DNA of 64,000 bases from an uncultured Haloferula sp. (GCA_965652295.1 CBFGTS010000006.1:96001-160000); one strand, 5' to 3'; shown: positions 27,639 through 39,311, counted from the first letter of the stretch. Notes: generated by a model not told the origin, from the sequence alone. A program made the numbers and translations.

Positions 27639-29120
27639 TCACGACAGCACCTCGACCGTCACATCCATGCGCCTGCCATCAACGGTGAGCGCATAACGTT
27701 TCTCCGGACCTCGAGGCGCAGGCTCTGCTGCGGCAACGGCAGCGGGCTTCACGGGGACGGGCGGGGTTTTCTCCGACCGAAGCGCTTCAAGCTGCGCCGG
27801 GAACATCGCGTGGATGACGCAATGCTCGTCGTCGGACGGAAGGCCCTTCGCCTCCAGCTCGCGACGGAGATCCTCCATGTGCTTCGGTTTGGCATCGGGC
27901 GCGTCGGCGGGCCGGCACGTGATCGGCTGCTTGCCCGCATGCTTCGCTGCGAGCTCCTGCAGCTCCGCGCTGACAGGTGCCGGCGTGCGACCGTAGTAGC
28001 CGAGCGCGATGTCCGCCGCCTGCGGCGAAAGCTGTTTCCAGCGGCCGAACTTGACGTTGAGAAACGCCTGCATGCCGACGATCTGCGAGGTCGGCGTGAC
28101 GAGAGGAATCCAGCCGAGCGCCTCGCGGACCACCGGGATTTCCCGGAACACCTCGTCGAAGCGGTCCTCCATCTTCTGCTCCTTGAGCTGGGTGCGGAAG
28201 TTCGAGAGCATGCCGCCCGGCACCTGATATTCGAGCGTGTCGCTGTCCACGATCTCGTTCTGGTGCGAGGTGAACTCGCTCAACTCGGCGTAGGCTTCCT
28301 CCAAAGGCGCACGCATCGCCTTCAGGGCTTCCCGTTGCGCGGGCGAAACCTCCGGACAGCGCGGATGACCTTCGAGCAACGCCAGCATCCGGGCCGCGTC
28401 CGGCTGGCCGGTGCCATTGGCAAAGGGAGCGATCGAGACATCGATGGCATCCACCCCCGCGTCGATCGCCGCAAGATACGTGGCAGCTCCCAGACCCGCG
28501 GTCTCATGAGTGTGGATCCAGACAGGAATGTTGAGCTTCGCTTTCAGCCCGCCGATGATCTCGGCCGCCCGCTGCGGCGGAATGAGCCCGGCCATGTCCT
28601 TGAGCACGATCGCATCGCAGCCCATCTTTTCGAGTTCGTGCCCGAGTCCGATGAAATCCGCCACGGTGTGGACCGGACTGGTGGTGTAGCAGATCGTCCC
28701 GTGGGCCTGCGCGCCGGCGTTCTTCGCCGCATCGATCGCACACCGCATGTTCCGCGGATCATTGAGCGCATCGAAGATCCGGAAGATGTCCATCCCGTGG
28801 CGGGCCGCGGTGGCGATGAAGGCTGCCACCACGTCGTCCGGGAAATGCGCGTACTGCACGATGTTCTGGCCACGCAGCAGCATCATGTGGGGCGTCTTCG
28901 GGCACGCCTGCTTCAACGCATCGAGCCGGTCGAAGGGAAACTCGCCGAGGAAACGAAGGCCGGCGTCGATCGTCGCGCCGCCCCAGGTTTCGAGGGCTCC
29001 GAAGCCCCAGCCGTCGAGCGCCTCGCAGACCGACAGCATTTGCGCGGTGCGCATCCGGGTGGCGGCGAGGCTCTGGTGGCCGTCACGCAGGACGGTGTTG
29101 TTGAAAACGACCGGTTTCAT
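27639..29120 (-). CDS. Pyruvate/oxaloacetate carboxyltransferase (OadA/PycB-like), no biotinyl domain
   Basis: LRDGHQSLAATRM, ETWGGAT, RIFDALND, LKDMAG, HTH, QVPGGMLSN, PLVTPTSQIVG. No AMKM motif. Confidence 0.9.
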   Translation of the reverse strand: MKPVVFNNTVLRDGHQSLAATRMRTAQMLSVCEALDGWGFGALETWGGATIDAGLRFLGEFPFDRLDALKQACPKTPHMMLLRGQNIVQYAHFPDDVVAAFIATAARHGMDIFRIFDALNDPRNMRCAIDAAKNAGAQAHGTICYTTSPVHTVADFIGLGHELEKMGCDAIVLKDMAGLIPPQRAAEIIGGLKAKLNIPVWIHTHETAGLGAATYLAAIDAGVDAIDVSIAPFANGTGQPDAARMLALLEGHPRCPEVSPAQREALKAMRAPLEEAYAELSEFTSHQNEIVDSDTLEYQVPGGMLSNFRTQLKEQKMEDRFDEVFREIPVVREALGWIPLVTPTSQIVGMQAFLNVKFGRWKQLSPQAADIALGYYGRTPAPVSAELQELAAKHAGKQPITCRPADAPDAKPKHMEDLRRELEAKGLPSDDEHCVIHAMFPAQLEALRSEKTPPVPVKPAAVAAAEPAPRGPEKRYALTVDGRRMDVTVEVLS

Positions 29121-29231
29121 GGCTTGTCGGGAGTTTGGGAGCGGGACAGACCGCCCCGCACCTGCCATTGAAACCCCGCCCCCCGGAAGTGGGGAGCGTT
29201 TTGTGTGTCCGCCTTCACGGCGGCGTCGAAG

Positions 29232-29591
29232 TCAGATCGACTTGTAGCGCACCCGCTTGCCGTCGGGTGCCACCGGCCGGTCGTCGACACGCTCGCCGAC
29301 CACATCCATCGACACGCGTCGCGGCCGGGACGCGGGATGATCGTCACTTCCCCGGTCCACCGCCTCATCCGCACGCAGCTCGCGGCCGTCCAGCTTCATG
29401 CCGTTGATGGTTTGCATCGCCTTCATGCCCTCCTCGGGACTGCCGAACGTGACGAAGGCAAAGCCCCTGGGCTTGCCCGTCTCCCGATCGCTCGGACGGT
29501 GGATTTCCATGATCGGCTCGTGTTCGGCCAGCGCTTCCCGCAGGCCGTTGTTGGTCGTCTTGTCGCTGAGGTTGCCTACAAATAATTTCAT
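29232..29591 (-). CDS. RNA recognition motif (RRM) protein
   Basis: RNP2 KLFVGNL and RNP1 RGFAFVTF; DRETG. Confidence 0.92.
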   Translation of the reverse strand: MKLFVGNLSDKTTNNGLREALAEHEPIMEIHRPSDRETGKPRGFAFVTFGSPEEGMKAMQTINGMKLDGRELRADEAVDRGSDDHPASRPRRVSMDVVGERVDDRPVAPDGKRVRYKSI

Positions 29592-30054
29592 CTTGGTTCT
29601 TCACGCAATCCCGCCCGGCCACCGGCAAATTGAGACACTGCGCTTCAACCCGACCCGGGCGCTCCGCCCGTCCTGCAAACGACCAATGCCCGCGCGAGGC
29701 CGCGACAGGCTTCAGCCGACCCTTGCACGGATGCCGGTCGATTCCGAATCCTTTTTGTACGGGGATCTTCGTATGCCTGGAAATTTTCCGTCCGCGGATG
29801 AAATCCTCTCCCTGCCGGTGCGATTGGAGCACCTACAACACCGCGAAAGGGAAACCTCTCCGCGGGGTGCTCAAAGCGAATCGCTTGGAAGGGGTTGAAG
29901 TGCATCGGCTGGGGGGCTGATCCGCAACCTGGGCCGCAAGGTCCGTCCGATCTGGTTCATGTTGGGGCGCATGGTTTCGGGGGAAATCGTGCGCTCCATT
30001 TTTTTGCTCCGTCGGTCGTCTCCGTGCCGGAAAAAACAGCCCGACCAGCCGACC

Positions 30055-31094
30055 TCAACGCGGCCCGGTCACAGGTTGCCCTGTCGTCGGCTCCACCGCA
30101 CGCCTCACTTTCCGCCAATCCGCCTCTTCCAGGCAGCAGGGGTCGGCGGCGACCTGGTGGCCGGGCTCGATCTCCACCAGCGACAGATCAAGACCGACGG
30201 TCTCCTCATAGCGCGGATGGCCCATGCGGTGGCCGAAGGCACTGCCGGCGGGTGGATCGATGGGCGAGGGCACGTCGCCCTCCAGCAGGACCCGCTTGAT
30301 CTCCCGGGTGGGATCGGGGTGCGGGATGGCCGAAAGCAACGCCTTGGTGTAGGCATGCTTCGGATTCTGATAGATGGTCTCGGAATCCGCCAGCTCGACG
30401 ATTTTCCCGAGGTACATCACCGCCACGCGATCGGAGATGTGTTTCACCACCGCGAGGTCGTGGGCGATGAAAAGATAGGACAGTCCGAGATCACGCTGCA
30501 GTTCGAGCAACAGATTCATCACCTGGGACTGCACGGAGACATCGAGCGCGGAAACGGGCTCGTCGCAGATGATCAGCTTCGGCTCAAGGGCGATGGCACG
30601 GGCGATGCCGATCCGCTGGCGCTGGCCGCCGGAGAACTCGAACGGGTAGCGGTCGGCACTGGCGGCGGGCAGTCCGACGCGATCGAGCAGCGCGGCGACC
30701 TTTTTCCGCCGTTCCGCCGCCGGCAGACCGCCGTGGATGCGGAAGGGCTCCTCGATGATTTCGCGGACACTGTGGCGGGCGTTGAGCGATTCGGCGGGGT
30801 CTTGGAAAATCATCTGCAAGTCCCGCCGGATGGGCCGCATCCGGTGGCTTCCAGCGCGGGTGATGTCCTGTCCGTCGAAGGTGATCTTACCCGCGGTCGG
30901 TCGCAGCAGGCGGACGAGTGCCTTGGCGATGGTCGATTTCCCGCAACCGGACTCGCCGACCAGCCCGAGGGTTTCGCCGGGAGTGATGGAGAATGAAACG
31001 CCATCGACCGCTTTCACCTCCGCCTTCTGACGCAGCAGCAGGCCGCCGTGCACGGGGAAGTGGACCTTGAGATCTTCGACTTTCAGGATTTCAC

Positions 31095-31098
<4 letters not shown>
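30055..31098 (-). CDS. Peptide ABC ATP-binding protein (OppF/DppF-like)
   Basis: GESGCGKS, FSGGQRQR, CDEPVSALD, GDVPSPIDPP. Confidence 0.95.
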
Positions 31099-32082
<984 letters not shown>

Positions 32083-32090
<8 letters not shown>

Positions 32091-34224
32091 CGCCGCCTCC
32101 TTCCTGCTCCTCGTCGCCATCTTCCACAGGAACCACGGGAGCTTCCGTTTCCGACTCCGACGGCGCGGGCGGCGCGGGCGGCGCGGCCGCCGCGTAAGTA
32201 CGATATTGATCGTACACCTGGTTGACCTCGGGGAAGGTTTTCCCCGTGCGCATGGCCTCAAGCGTCTCCTTTTTGATCTCCTGATCAATCCAGAAGATAT
32301 GCGAGACATCGGGCTCGTCCGAGATTTTCACGTTGAAGTCATCCGGCCACTGCATCCACCGCCAATAGGCGACCCAGTAGAACGGGCGTTGATAGGCCGG
32401 GACCCAGACGGCGCGATCATGGAAGATTTGTTCAAGCTGGCGGCTCGTCTCGATGACCGTCTCCAGGTCCCGGGCGTTGCGATTGGTCTCAAGGATTGTG
32501 TCGACTTCCTTGTCCGCGAAGCTGGTGAAATTGTTGGTCATCGGCCGCGGCGTCTTGCCGTCCTCCAGAAACGCGTTCGAGGAGTGGAACTGTTGGAAGT
32601 AATCGGGAAACGGCGGGGTCACCCCGAGGCCCACGTAGGCGATTTCATGCTCCTTGCGCGAGGTCTTCTGGAAGGCGGCGGTGCCGTCGAGACCCTCCAG
32701 CTTGAACTCGACCCCGGCACGCTTGGCCTCCTCCTTGATGCGCAGCAGCCAGCGGTCGATCATCGGATGCTTCACGTGGGTGATCGTAAAGGAAAGCCGC
32801 TCCCCCTGCTCGTTGCGCAGAATCCCGTCATTTCCGCGCTCGGTATAACCGGCGCGGGCGAACGCATCGCGCGCCTTGGCGACGGAGAACTCTCTTGCCT
32901 CGATGCCCCTCGGGGAAATGCCACTGAAGCCTTCGTTGAGCAAGTTGAGACGTTCCACGTCGCCGCGGAAGTCGATCTCGATGACCTTGTCCCAGTTCGT
33001 CGCATGGCTGAGACCGATGCGGACATCGAGGTTGTCGAGCGGCGGCTGGGCCATGTTGAAATACATGCCGAAGCACGGACGCGGGTAGCCGTGATAAAAC
33101 ATCGCACGCTCGATGTAGCCCTGGAACACGGGATCGACCTCGATGCGCTCGTACCATTGCTTGGCATCGCGGATCCAATACATGTCGATGTCTCCGCGGA
33201 GGAACATCTGGAAAATCTTTTCTTCGTCGCGGACCAGCCGGTATTCGATGCGATCGACGTTGAAACGGTTCTTGTAGTATTTCCGATCCCTGGCCCACCA
33301 ATCCTGCACCCGGCTCAAGGAGATCGAGCGGCCCTTCACAATGTCCTCCGCACGGATGACATACGGACCGGCCGTGGGACGGACCCGCCAATTGTAGCGT
33401 TCCTCGAAATCCGGGCCGAACTCGCGGTAAAAATCCTCCTGGTAGGGCGTTGCCGAGGCGAAATACGGGGCCATCGGCTTCGGATTGGAGTTACGGATGC
33501 AAAGGTAGTCTTTGCCGTAGGTGGCGATGCCCCAGAACTGCTCTCCATAGTAGGTCCGGTAGAAGGGCTCGCTGAGGTAGGGCGACAGCGAGATGTAAAA
33601 GGTCATCAGGAAATCCCCCGAGGTGACCTCGCGCCCGTCCGACCAGCGCGCATCATCGTCGAGATGGAAATACACGCTCTGGCCGTCCTCCGCGACCGCC
33701 CAGCGATCGGCCAGGCCTGGAATGATTTCGGCCGTATTCGGGTGGACACCCACGAGGGCCATCTCGACGTTGTCCCAGTGGTATTGGCGGAAAAAGCCGT
33801 TGGCCTCCTTGCCCAGCGTGCGGATCGTCGACGGGAAGGTGTTCCCCGCGATGTAGGTGTGATAGGTGCCCCCCTTCACCGCCTCGTCCGAGCCGATCTC
33901 CGGCTGATCCATGCCGGTTTCCCACGCAAGGTCTGGCGGCAGGTCGCTTTCCTGAAGTTGCTCGAAATAAGCAGGTCGCTTGAGTCGGCGTCCGAGGTCG
34001 TCGAGATCGCGCCGCGCCTCGGCGTCGTCGGGATTTTCGGCCAGCTTCGCCTCGAGTTCGGCTTTCCGTTTCTCCAGCTTTTCAAGGGTTTCCCGGTTGT
34101 AACGCTCGTAGAAGGCCTCGCGCTCGGCGGTGTTGTCGTACGGCGGGAACTCCCGCGCCTTCCGGCACTGGGTCAGCAGCGGCACCACGACCGCGAGGGC
34201 GATGACGGTAAGGGTGCGGGTCAT
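32083..34224 (-). CDS. Family-5 solute-binding lipoprotein (YejA-like)
   Basis: Lipobox-like LLTQC, AVKGG, PGLADRW, ARWSDG, NRFNVDRIEY. Confidence 0.88.
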
Positions 34225-35774
34225 TGGTAGGTGGTGAATTTTTTCGGGTCGAAGGCCTCGCGGATGGCCTCGCCGACGAAGGTGATGAGGAGCAGCAGGA
34301 CCACCATGATGGCGAAGACGGAGGTGACGATCCAAGGCGCGCCGAGATTTTCCACGCCGTCATTCAACACCCGGCCCCAGCTCGGGTAGGAGTCCGGTAC
34401 GCCGAAGCCAAGGAAGTCGAGCGCGGTGAGGGAGGCGACCACGCTGGACACACTGAAGGGCACCAGCGTGACGATGGTGGAAACGGTGTTCGGCAGGATG
34501 TGGCGGAAGATCACCCTCCCGGTGCCCGCTCCCAGGACGCGGGCGGCGCTGACGTAGTCGCGGGCCTTTTCCTTGAAGGTGGAGGTTCGCAGATAGATCG
34601 CCACCGAGATCCACGAGAAGATGCTGAAGACCAGCACGATGGTGGCGAGGTTGATGTTATCGCGGCCGAGGTTGGCGGTGATGATGAGGACGACGAGCAG
34701 GAAGGGCACGTTGCTGAGGACCTCCAGAACCCGCTGCATGAGCAGGTCGAACCACCCGCCGAAGTAGCCCATCATCGAACCGATCGCCACGCCGAGCACG
34801 TAGGTGAGCAGCAGGAAAAGGCACGAAGCTTTGAAGACGACCTGCATGCCGCCGTAGAGCTGGGCGAGGATGTCCCAGCCCTTGGAATCGGTGCCGAGCA
34901 GGTGGCCGCGCTTCAGGCTGGGCGGCAGCGGCATGTAGATGCGGCGGACCCAGTTCCCGCCCTCCGGCACCTCGATCCGCTCGGGCACGGTGGTGGCGGT
35001 GCGCACGCCCTTGTCCCAGGTTTCGCGTCCGACCGGAGCCCCGTCCTTGCCATAGACCTCCGTCGATCCCTCGGGCAGTCCGCCGCGCAGGCGACCGGCG
35101 CGGAGCAGCCGCTCCGACGCATCGGGATGATAGGCGTAGGCATAGCCATTGTAAGCCTCGCCCTTCCCTTCTTCGAAAAACCGGCCGTTCCGGAACTCAA
35201 GCGGGACCTCCATCATTTCGTCCGAATCGAAGGTGGGATCCCACGGCACCATCGGCATGAACACAAGCGTATCGCTGCCCTCCGACTGCTGCTTCAGCAA
35301 CCGATAATCGGTTTCCCCCTCGCCCTCCTGACCGAAGGTAGTGGCGGGGAAGGAGCGGGCGACAAAGGCCGGGAAATACCACTCGCCGCCGTGACGGATC
35401 GCGAGCGCACGCCTGCCGACGAGCGCCTGGTCGGCCAGCGCCAGGACCAGCAGGAAGACCAGCAGAACATACGACCCGTAGCCTCGACCCAGCGATCGGA
35501 AGCGCTCCATCTTCCTCATGGTCAGCGGGTTCCACTGGAACTTCCGACCGCGTCCGAGGGCAACCAGTCCGCAGAGCACCAACAACCCGCAGAGCGCGTA
35601 ACCGACGTAGGCTCCCTGATGCTCCCGCCAGCTTCCGGCGGGATACGAGCCCGGCGATGCATCGAACGAATACAGCCAGCGCAGGCTCGGAATCGCCCAA
35701 CCACGGTAATGCCCGTAGGTCGCCAGCACGGCGGCCAGGATCAGGAGCAGTCCGGTTTTTCGGGGGAAATTCAT
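34221..35774 (-). CDS. Peptide ABC permease (YejE-like) with insertion
   Basis: LGTDSKGWDILAQL, YVSAARVLGA, LDFLGFG, GEAIREAFDP. Confidence 0.92.
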   Translation of the reverse strand: MNFPRKTGLLLILAAVLATYGHYRGWAIPSLRWLYSFDASPGSYPAGSWREHQGAYVGYALCGLLVLCGLVALGRGRKFQWNPLTMRKMERFRSLGRGYGSYVLLVFLLVLALADQALVGRRALAIRHGGEWYFPAFVARSFPATTFGQEGEGETDYRLLKQQSEGSDTLVFMPMVPWDPTFDSDEMMEVPLEFRNGRFFEEGKGEAYNGYAYAYHPDASERLLRAGRLRGGLPEGSTEVYGKDGAPVGRETWDKGVRTATTVPERIEVPEGGNWVRRIYMPLPPSLKRGHLLGTDSKGWDILAQLYGGMQVVFKASCLFLLLTYVLGVAIGSMMGYFGGWFDLLMQRVLEVLSNVPFLLVVLIITANLGRDNINLATIVLVFSIFSWISVAIYLRTSTFKEKARDYVSAARVLGAGTGRVIFRHILPNTVSTIVTLVPFSVSSVVASLTALDFLGFGVPDSYPSWGRVLNDGVENLGAPWIVTSVFAIMVVLLLLITFVGEAIREAFDPKKFTTYQ

Positions 35775-35775
35775 G

Positions 35776-37062
35776 TCACTTGTAGCTCACCCGCGGATCC
35801 ACCAGCGCCACGCAGAGGTCGGAAACCACATTGCCCACCAGCATCAGCAGCGCGGAAACGAACAGCACGCCCATGATCACCGGCTCGTCGAATTCCAGGA
35901 TGGAGCTGAAGCTCAGCAGCCCGAAACCGTTGATGTCGAACACCCGTTCGATCAGCACGCTGCCGGTCACGAAAATCGTCAGGTTCGCCCCGAAGGTCGT
36001 GGCGATGGGGATGATGGAATTCCGGAACGCGTGGCGGAAAACCGCGGTGCGGAACCCGGTGCCCTTGGCGATCGCCGTGCGCACGTAGTCGGCCGCCAGG
36101 TTGTCCATCAGGTTGTTTTTCATCAGCATCGTCATCATCGCGAACGAGCTCACCAGATAGCACACCAGCGGCAGCGCCATGTGGTGGGCGAGGTCCTGGA
36201 TTTTTCCCGTCAGGGAAAGCGACTCGAACTCGTCGCCCGTGAAGCCACCGAGCGGAAACCAGCGAAGCTGCGCGGCCAGATACACCACCATCAACGCGCC
36301 CAGCGCGTAGCCGGGGATCGCGTAGCCGGCGAAAACCAGGGCAGAGGTCACGCTGTCGAGCCACGAACGGTGACGGATCGCCTTCACCATGCCCAGCGGC
36401 AGGCAGATGGCGTAGATCAGCACCATGGAAACGCCACCGAACGCGAGCGAGACGGGGATGCGGTCGAGGATCATCGCCCACACCGGGTCCTGGTATTTGC
36501 GCGAATATCCGAGGCTACCCTGCAACAGGCCCTCGAACTTCGGCTGGAAGAACACCGCCCGCGGCTCCGGCAAGGTCGGCAGATCCACGCCCTCCACCCA
36601 GCGCTGCCAACGCACCTCCTGTTCTTCCGGGGTCACGATCCGCGCCTCCCAACCGCTCAGATCCACCCCTTGCGGCGGCTCGATCCGTGCCTGATCGCCC
36701 TCGCGGACGATCGTGACTTCGTCGATCGTTCCCGGGATCGGGATCTTCACGCGATTTTCGCCTGCGGGAAACTCCTTGCCGACCTTGTTCGTATCCCGCG
36801 GCAGCGCGCCCAGCCATTCGAGGTAGCCGCGGAGGATGCCCTTGTCCCGATCGTATTCCTCCTCGATTTCCAGCACCTGCGCGGCGGTCAGGGAAAACCC
36901 GGCCTCGGCGCGGTTGCGTTTCCCGCCTTCGCCCATCATCCGCGAAAGCGCCTGCTCGACCGGCCCGCCCGGCGTCAACCTCACGATCGCAAAGACCAGC
37001 AGCGTGATCCCGATCAGCGTGATCGGAATAAGGAGCAGGCGTCGGAGGAAGTAGGCTTTCAA
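35776..37062 (-). CDS. Peptide ABC permease (YejB-like) with insertion
   Basis: YFLRRLLL, PGGPVE, DYVRTAIAKG, HAFRNS, VDPRV. TTG start. Confidence 0.92.
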   Translation of the reverse strand: MKAYFLRRLLLIPITLIGITLLVFAIVRLTPGGPVEQALSRMMGEGGKRNRAEAGFSLTAAQVLEIEEEYDRDKGILRGYLEWLGALPRDTNKVGKEFPAGENRVKIPIPGTIDEVTIVREGDQARIEPPQGVDLSGWEARIVTPEEQEVRWQRWVEGVDLPTLPEPRAVFFQPKFEGLLQGSLGYSRKYQDPVWAMILDRIPVSLAFGGVSMVLIYAICLPLGMVKAIRHRSWLDSVTSALVFAGYAIPGYALGALMVVYLAAQLRWFPLGGFTGDEFESLSLTGKIQDLAHHMALPLVCYLVSSFAMMTMLMKNNLMDNLAADYVRTAIAKGTGFRTAVFRHAFRNSIIPIATTFGANLTIFVTGSVLIERVFDINGFGLLSFSSILEFDEPVIMGVLFVSALLMLVGNVVSDLCVALVDPRVSYK

Positions 37063-37233
37063 CGGGCGAGGGTGAAACGGCGATGGCTATGCCCTTCCTA
37101 GCCCTGATCGCCCGCCTTGCAAGCCGGGGATGAGAAAGGATCAACCGGGATTCCATCGATGAACGGAAACAGAGCGACGACCAGATCCCGCCTCGCTTCG
37201 GAATTCCCCGGCACCATCTGGAGCGACGCTCAT

Positions 37234-37250
37234 GTTGAACCGAATTCAAC
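37234..37250. promoter_or_regulatory. Palindromic operator (putative LysR box)
   Basis: GTTGAA-CCGAA-TTCAAC, a perfect 6-bp inverted repeat with a T-N11-A core. Confidence 0.6.
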
Positions 37251-37265
37251 TTCTGCGTGAGCCGC

Positions 37266-37281
37266 AGGCATACGCCCTGCT
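37266..37281 (+). promoter_or_regulatory. Sigma54-like motif
   Basis: AGGCATACGCCCTGCT (GG-N10-GC), 40 nt before the ATG at 37322. Confidence 0.55.
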
Positions 37282-37321
37282 TTCGGATCGCGTCACCGAG
37301 AAACTCCCGGCGGCGAGGCCT

Positions 37322-38269
37322 ATGAATCCAGTGAATCATCCACCCTCCGTCGGATTCGTCCCCTCGATCGAGGTGCTTCCGTTTCTCGCATGGGCGGACG
37401 GCTCCGGAATCACTCCGCGAGCGTGCGCCGGATACGGGCATCTGGTCCGCGCCATGTTGACCGGAGAACTCGAGGGCGGGTTGCTGCCTTTCGAGCTGGC
37501 CGTCGCCGACCTCCTCATGCGTCCGGGCCAACGACGCGGGTGGAACATTCCCGCCGTGCTCAAAGCAGGTCCCGTCGAACCGGTTCTCAGCCACGCCGCC
37601 TACAAGAAAATCAGCCCCTCCAGCCGCCGTCGCCTCCACGCGAGCCCGATTTCCCTCGCCCTCGGCGTCGAAGCCCGCGTCAGTTTCGCCCGTCAGCAAC
37701 TCGTTCGTTGGCAACAGAACCTCGGGATGAGCCACCTCACCCCGCCGTCCTTCAAGGTCCTTCCCTTCAGCCTCATGATGAAGGCGCTGGAAAAGGCGGA
37801 AATCGATGGGTTTCTCGCCCCAGCCCCGTGGGGACTTCAGGCGGAGAAAACCGGACTCGGGAGGATCGCATCCCAGTTCGACGAGGGCGAGTTCGCCCAG
37901 CACCTCGTGCTCGTGGACCGCCACCGCGATCCCTCGTACGACCCGTATTCCCGCCTCCCGGCGGAACTACCCGCCTTCCGTGCAGTCTTCAGCGATCCCG
38001 CAGCCACCACCCGCGCCGTCCAGCGCATGACCTCACTGGGCGGGCCGACCATTGATCCCCACACCGCCTGGCAGGCGGTCGAGCGCTACCCACTGGACAC
38101 CCTGCCGGACGAATTCGCACCGGACGAGTCGTGGTTCGCCCGCCAACTTGAGATCCTTGCTGGACGATACCGTGTCAGCGTCCATCCCGGTCTCGCCGGT
38201 GAACTCGTCGCCCGCCAGACGGATCCGGGTGCCCGTCTGCTCCCGGAACCCCGGCACACGCTCGGTTAG
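37322..38269 (+). CDS. Divergent signal-less CmpA/NrtA-fold protein
   Basis: VGFVPSIEVLPF, LTGELEGGLLP, VLPFSLMMKAL...IDGFLAPAPWG parallel NrtA motifs. Stop overlaps the convergent LysR stop. Confidence 0.65.
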   Translation: MNPVNHPPSVGFVPSIEVLPFLAWADGSGITPRACAGYGHLVRAMLTGELEGGLLPFELAVADLLMRPGQRRGWNIPAVLKAGPVEPVLSHAAYKKISPSSRRRLHASPISLALGVEARVSFARQQLVRWQQNLGMSHLTPPSFKVLPFSLMMKALEKAEIDGFLAPAPWGLQAEKTGLGRIASQFDEGEFAQHLVLVDRHRDPSYDPYSRLPAELPAFRAVFSDPAATTRAVQRMTSLGGPTIDPHTAWQAVERYPLDTLPDEFAPDESWFARQLEILAGRYRVSVHPGLAGELVARQTDPGARLLPEPRHTLG

Positions 38270-39198
38270 AAACCATCGGCCATCTCGATAAAGCTGAGAA
38301 GCGCCTCCATCGCCCACGAAAGCTGCATTTCCCCGGGCCAGAAAGCACAGCACGTCGCCCGCAGCCTGGCCCCCGAAAATGGAAGCTCCTTGAGCTGCCC
38401 CGCAGCCACCGAAGAGACCGCCGATGCCCTCCCCAGCACGGCGATGCCCATCCCGACCCGCGCGAACTCGCGAACGCTCTCGTAACTCGGCAAGAGCCAC
38501 TCGCGGTGGCTTCCCGGTTCCGTGAGACGGTGATCGTGAATCAATGAGAGAATCGCCGCGTGCGGAACCAGCAGGCGCCGCTTCACGAGATCCCCCGCAT
38601 CGACCCTGTCTTTGCTGGCCAGAAAATGAAACGGCGCGACATAGAAGCCGAAGTCCCCTTCAAAAAGATTCCGCCGCACGCGGTTGCCCGGCTCGCTCTC
38701 CGCAAAGCCCAGCGTGAACCTCGGAGCCCCCCCGAGGTCCACCCCACCGCCTGCTCCGGGATCATCCGATATCTCAATCCGGACATTGAATCCCGGGAAG
38801 CACTCGAAGAAATCCGGCAGAATCCGCGCAAGCGTGCTGGCACACAAGAACTCCGGCACGGTGATCTGCAGGCTCCTCGCGTCCTCATCCGCCATTGAGA
38901 CCGCCCGTCGCAGGCGCCCCACCCGCTGCAGGATGTCCTCCGCGATCGGCAACAGCCGGATGCCCGCGATCGTCAAGGTCACCTTCGGGCCGTGGCGCTT
39001 GAACAACGCGCAGGACAGCTCCTCCTCCAAGGCCCGCACCGCATGGCTGATCGCCGACGGAGTCAGGTTCAGAGCCGTGGCCGTATGGGCAAAACTCATG
39101 CCCCGCGCCGAATGCACGAAAATCTGAAGGCGCCGGATGTCAACCGGTTGCGGATCGTCGGGGATGCCGAGCGGTGCCCCGGAGGTGTGGATTGGCAT
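38266..39198 (-). CDS. LysR family transcriptional regulator (amide/urea locus)
   Basis: SFAHTATALNLTPSAISHAVRALEEELSCALFKR...LTIAG. Start set to MPIH, just downstream of the sigma54 motif. Confidence 0.9.
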   Translation of the reverse strand: MPIHTSGAPLGIPDDPQPVDIRRLQIFVHSARGMSFAHTATALNLTPSAISHAVRALEEELSCALFKRHGPKVTLTIAGIRLLPIAEDILQRVGRLRRAVSMADEDARSLQITVPEFLCASTLARILPDFFECFPGFNVRIEISDDPGAGGGVDLGGAPRFTLGFAESEPGNRVRRNLFEGDFGFYVAPFHFLASKDRVDAGDLVKRRLLVPHAAILSLIHDHRLTEPGSHREWLLPSYESVREFARVGMGIAVLGRASAVSSVAAGQLKELPFSGARLRATCCAFWPGEMQLSWAMEALLSFIEMADGF

Positions 39199-39210
39199 TA
39201 CCATCATCCA

Positions 39211-39226
39211 TGCACGTTCCTTGCCA
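39211..39226 (-). promoter_or_regulatory. Sigma54 motif for the LysR gene
   Basis: Minus strand reads TGGCAAGGAACGTGCA. Confidence 0.65.
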
Positions 39227-39270
39227 CAATCCAGGGAACCCTCCCCTCCCTGCCGGCCCGACCCGCAGCT

Positions 39271-39283
39271 TGAAATCTATTCA
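39271..39283. promoter_or_regulatory. Putative LysR box
   Basis: TGAAATCTATTCA (TGAA-N5-TTCA), between the divergent promoters. Confidence 0.6.
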
Positions 39284-39311
39284 GCGTCGCATGCCCCGCA
39301 GCGGCCCCTCG

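Noticed and set aside
29592..30054. 460-bp gap: possible small gene or ncRNA
   Set aside because: Candidate ORFs look non-coding and I recognised no RNA motif. An Rfam scan would be needed.
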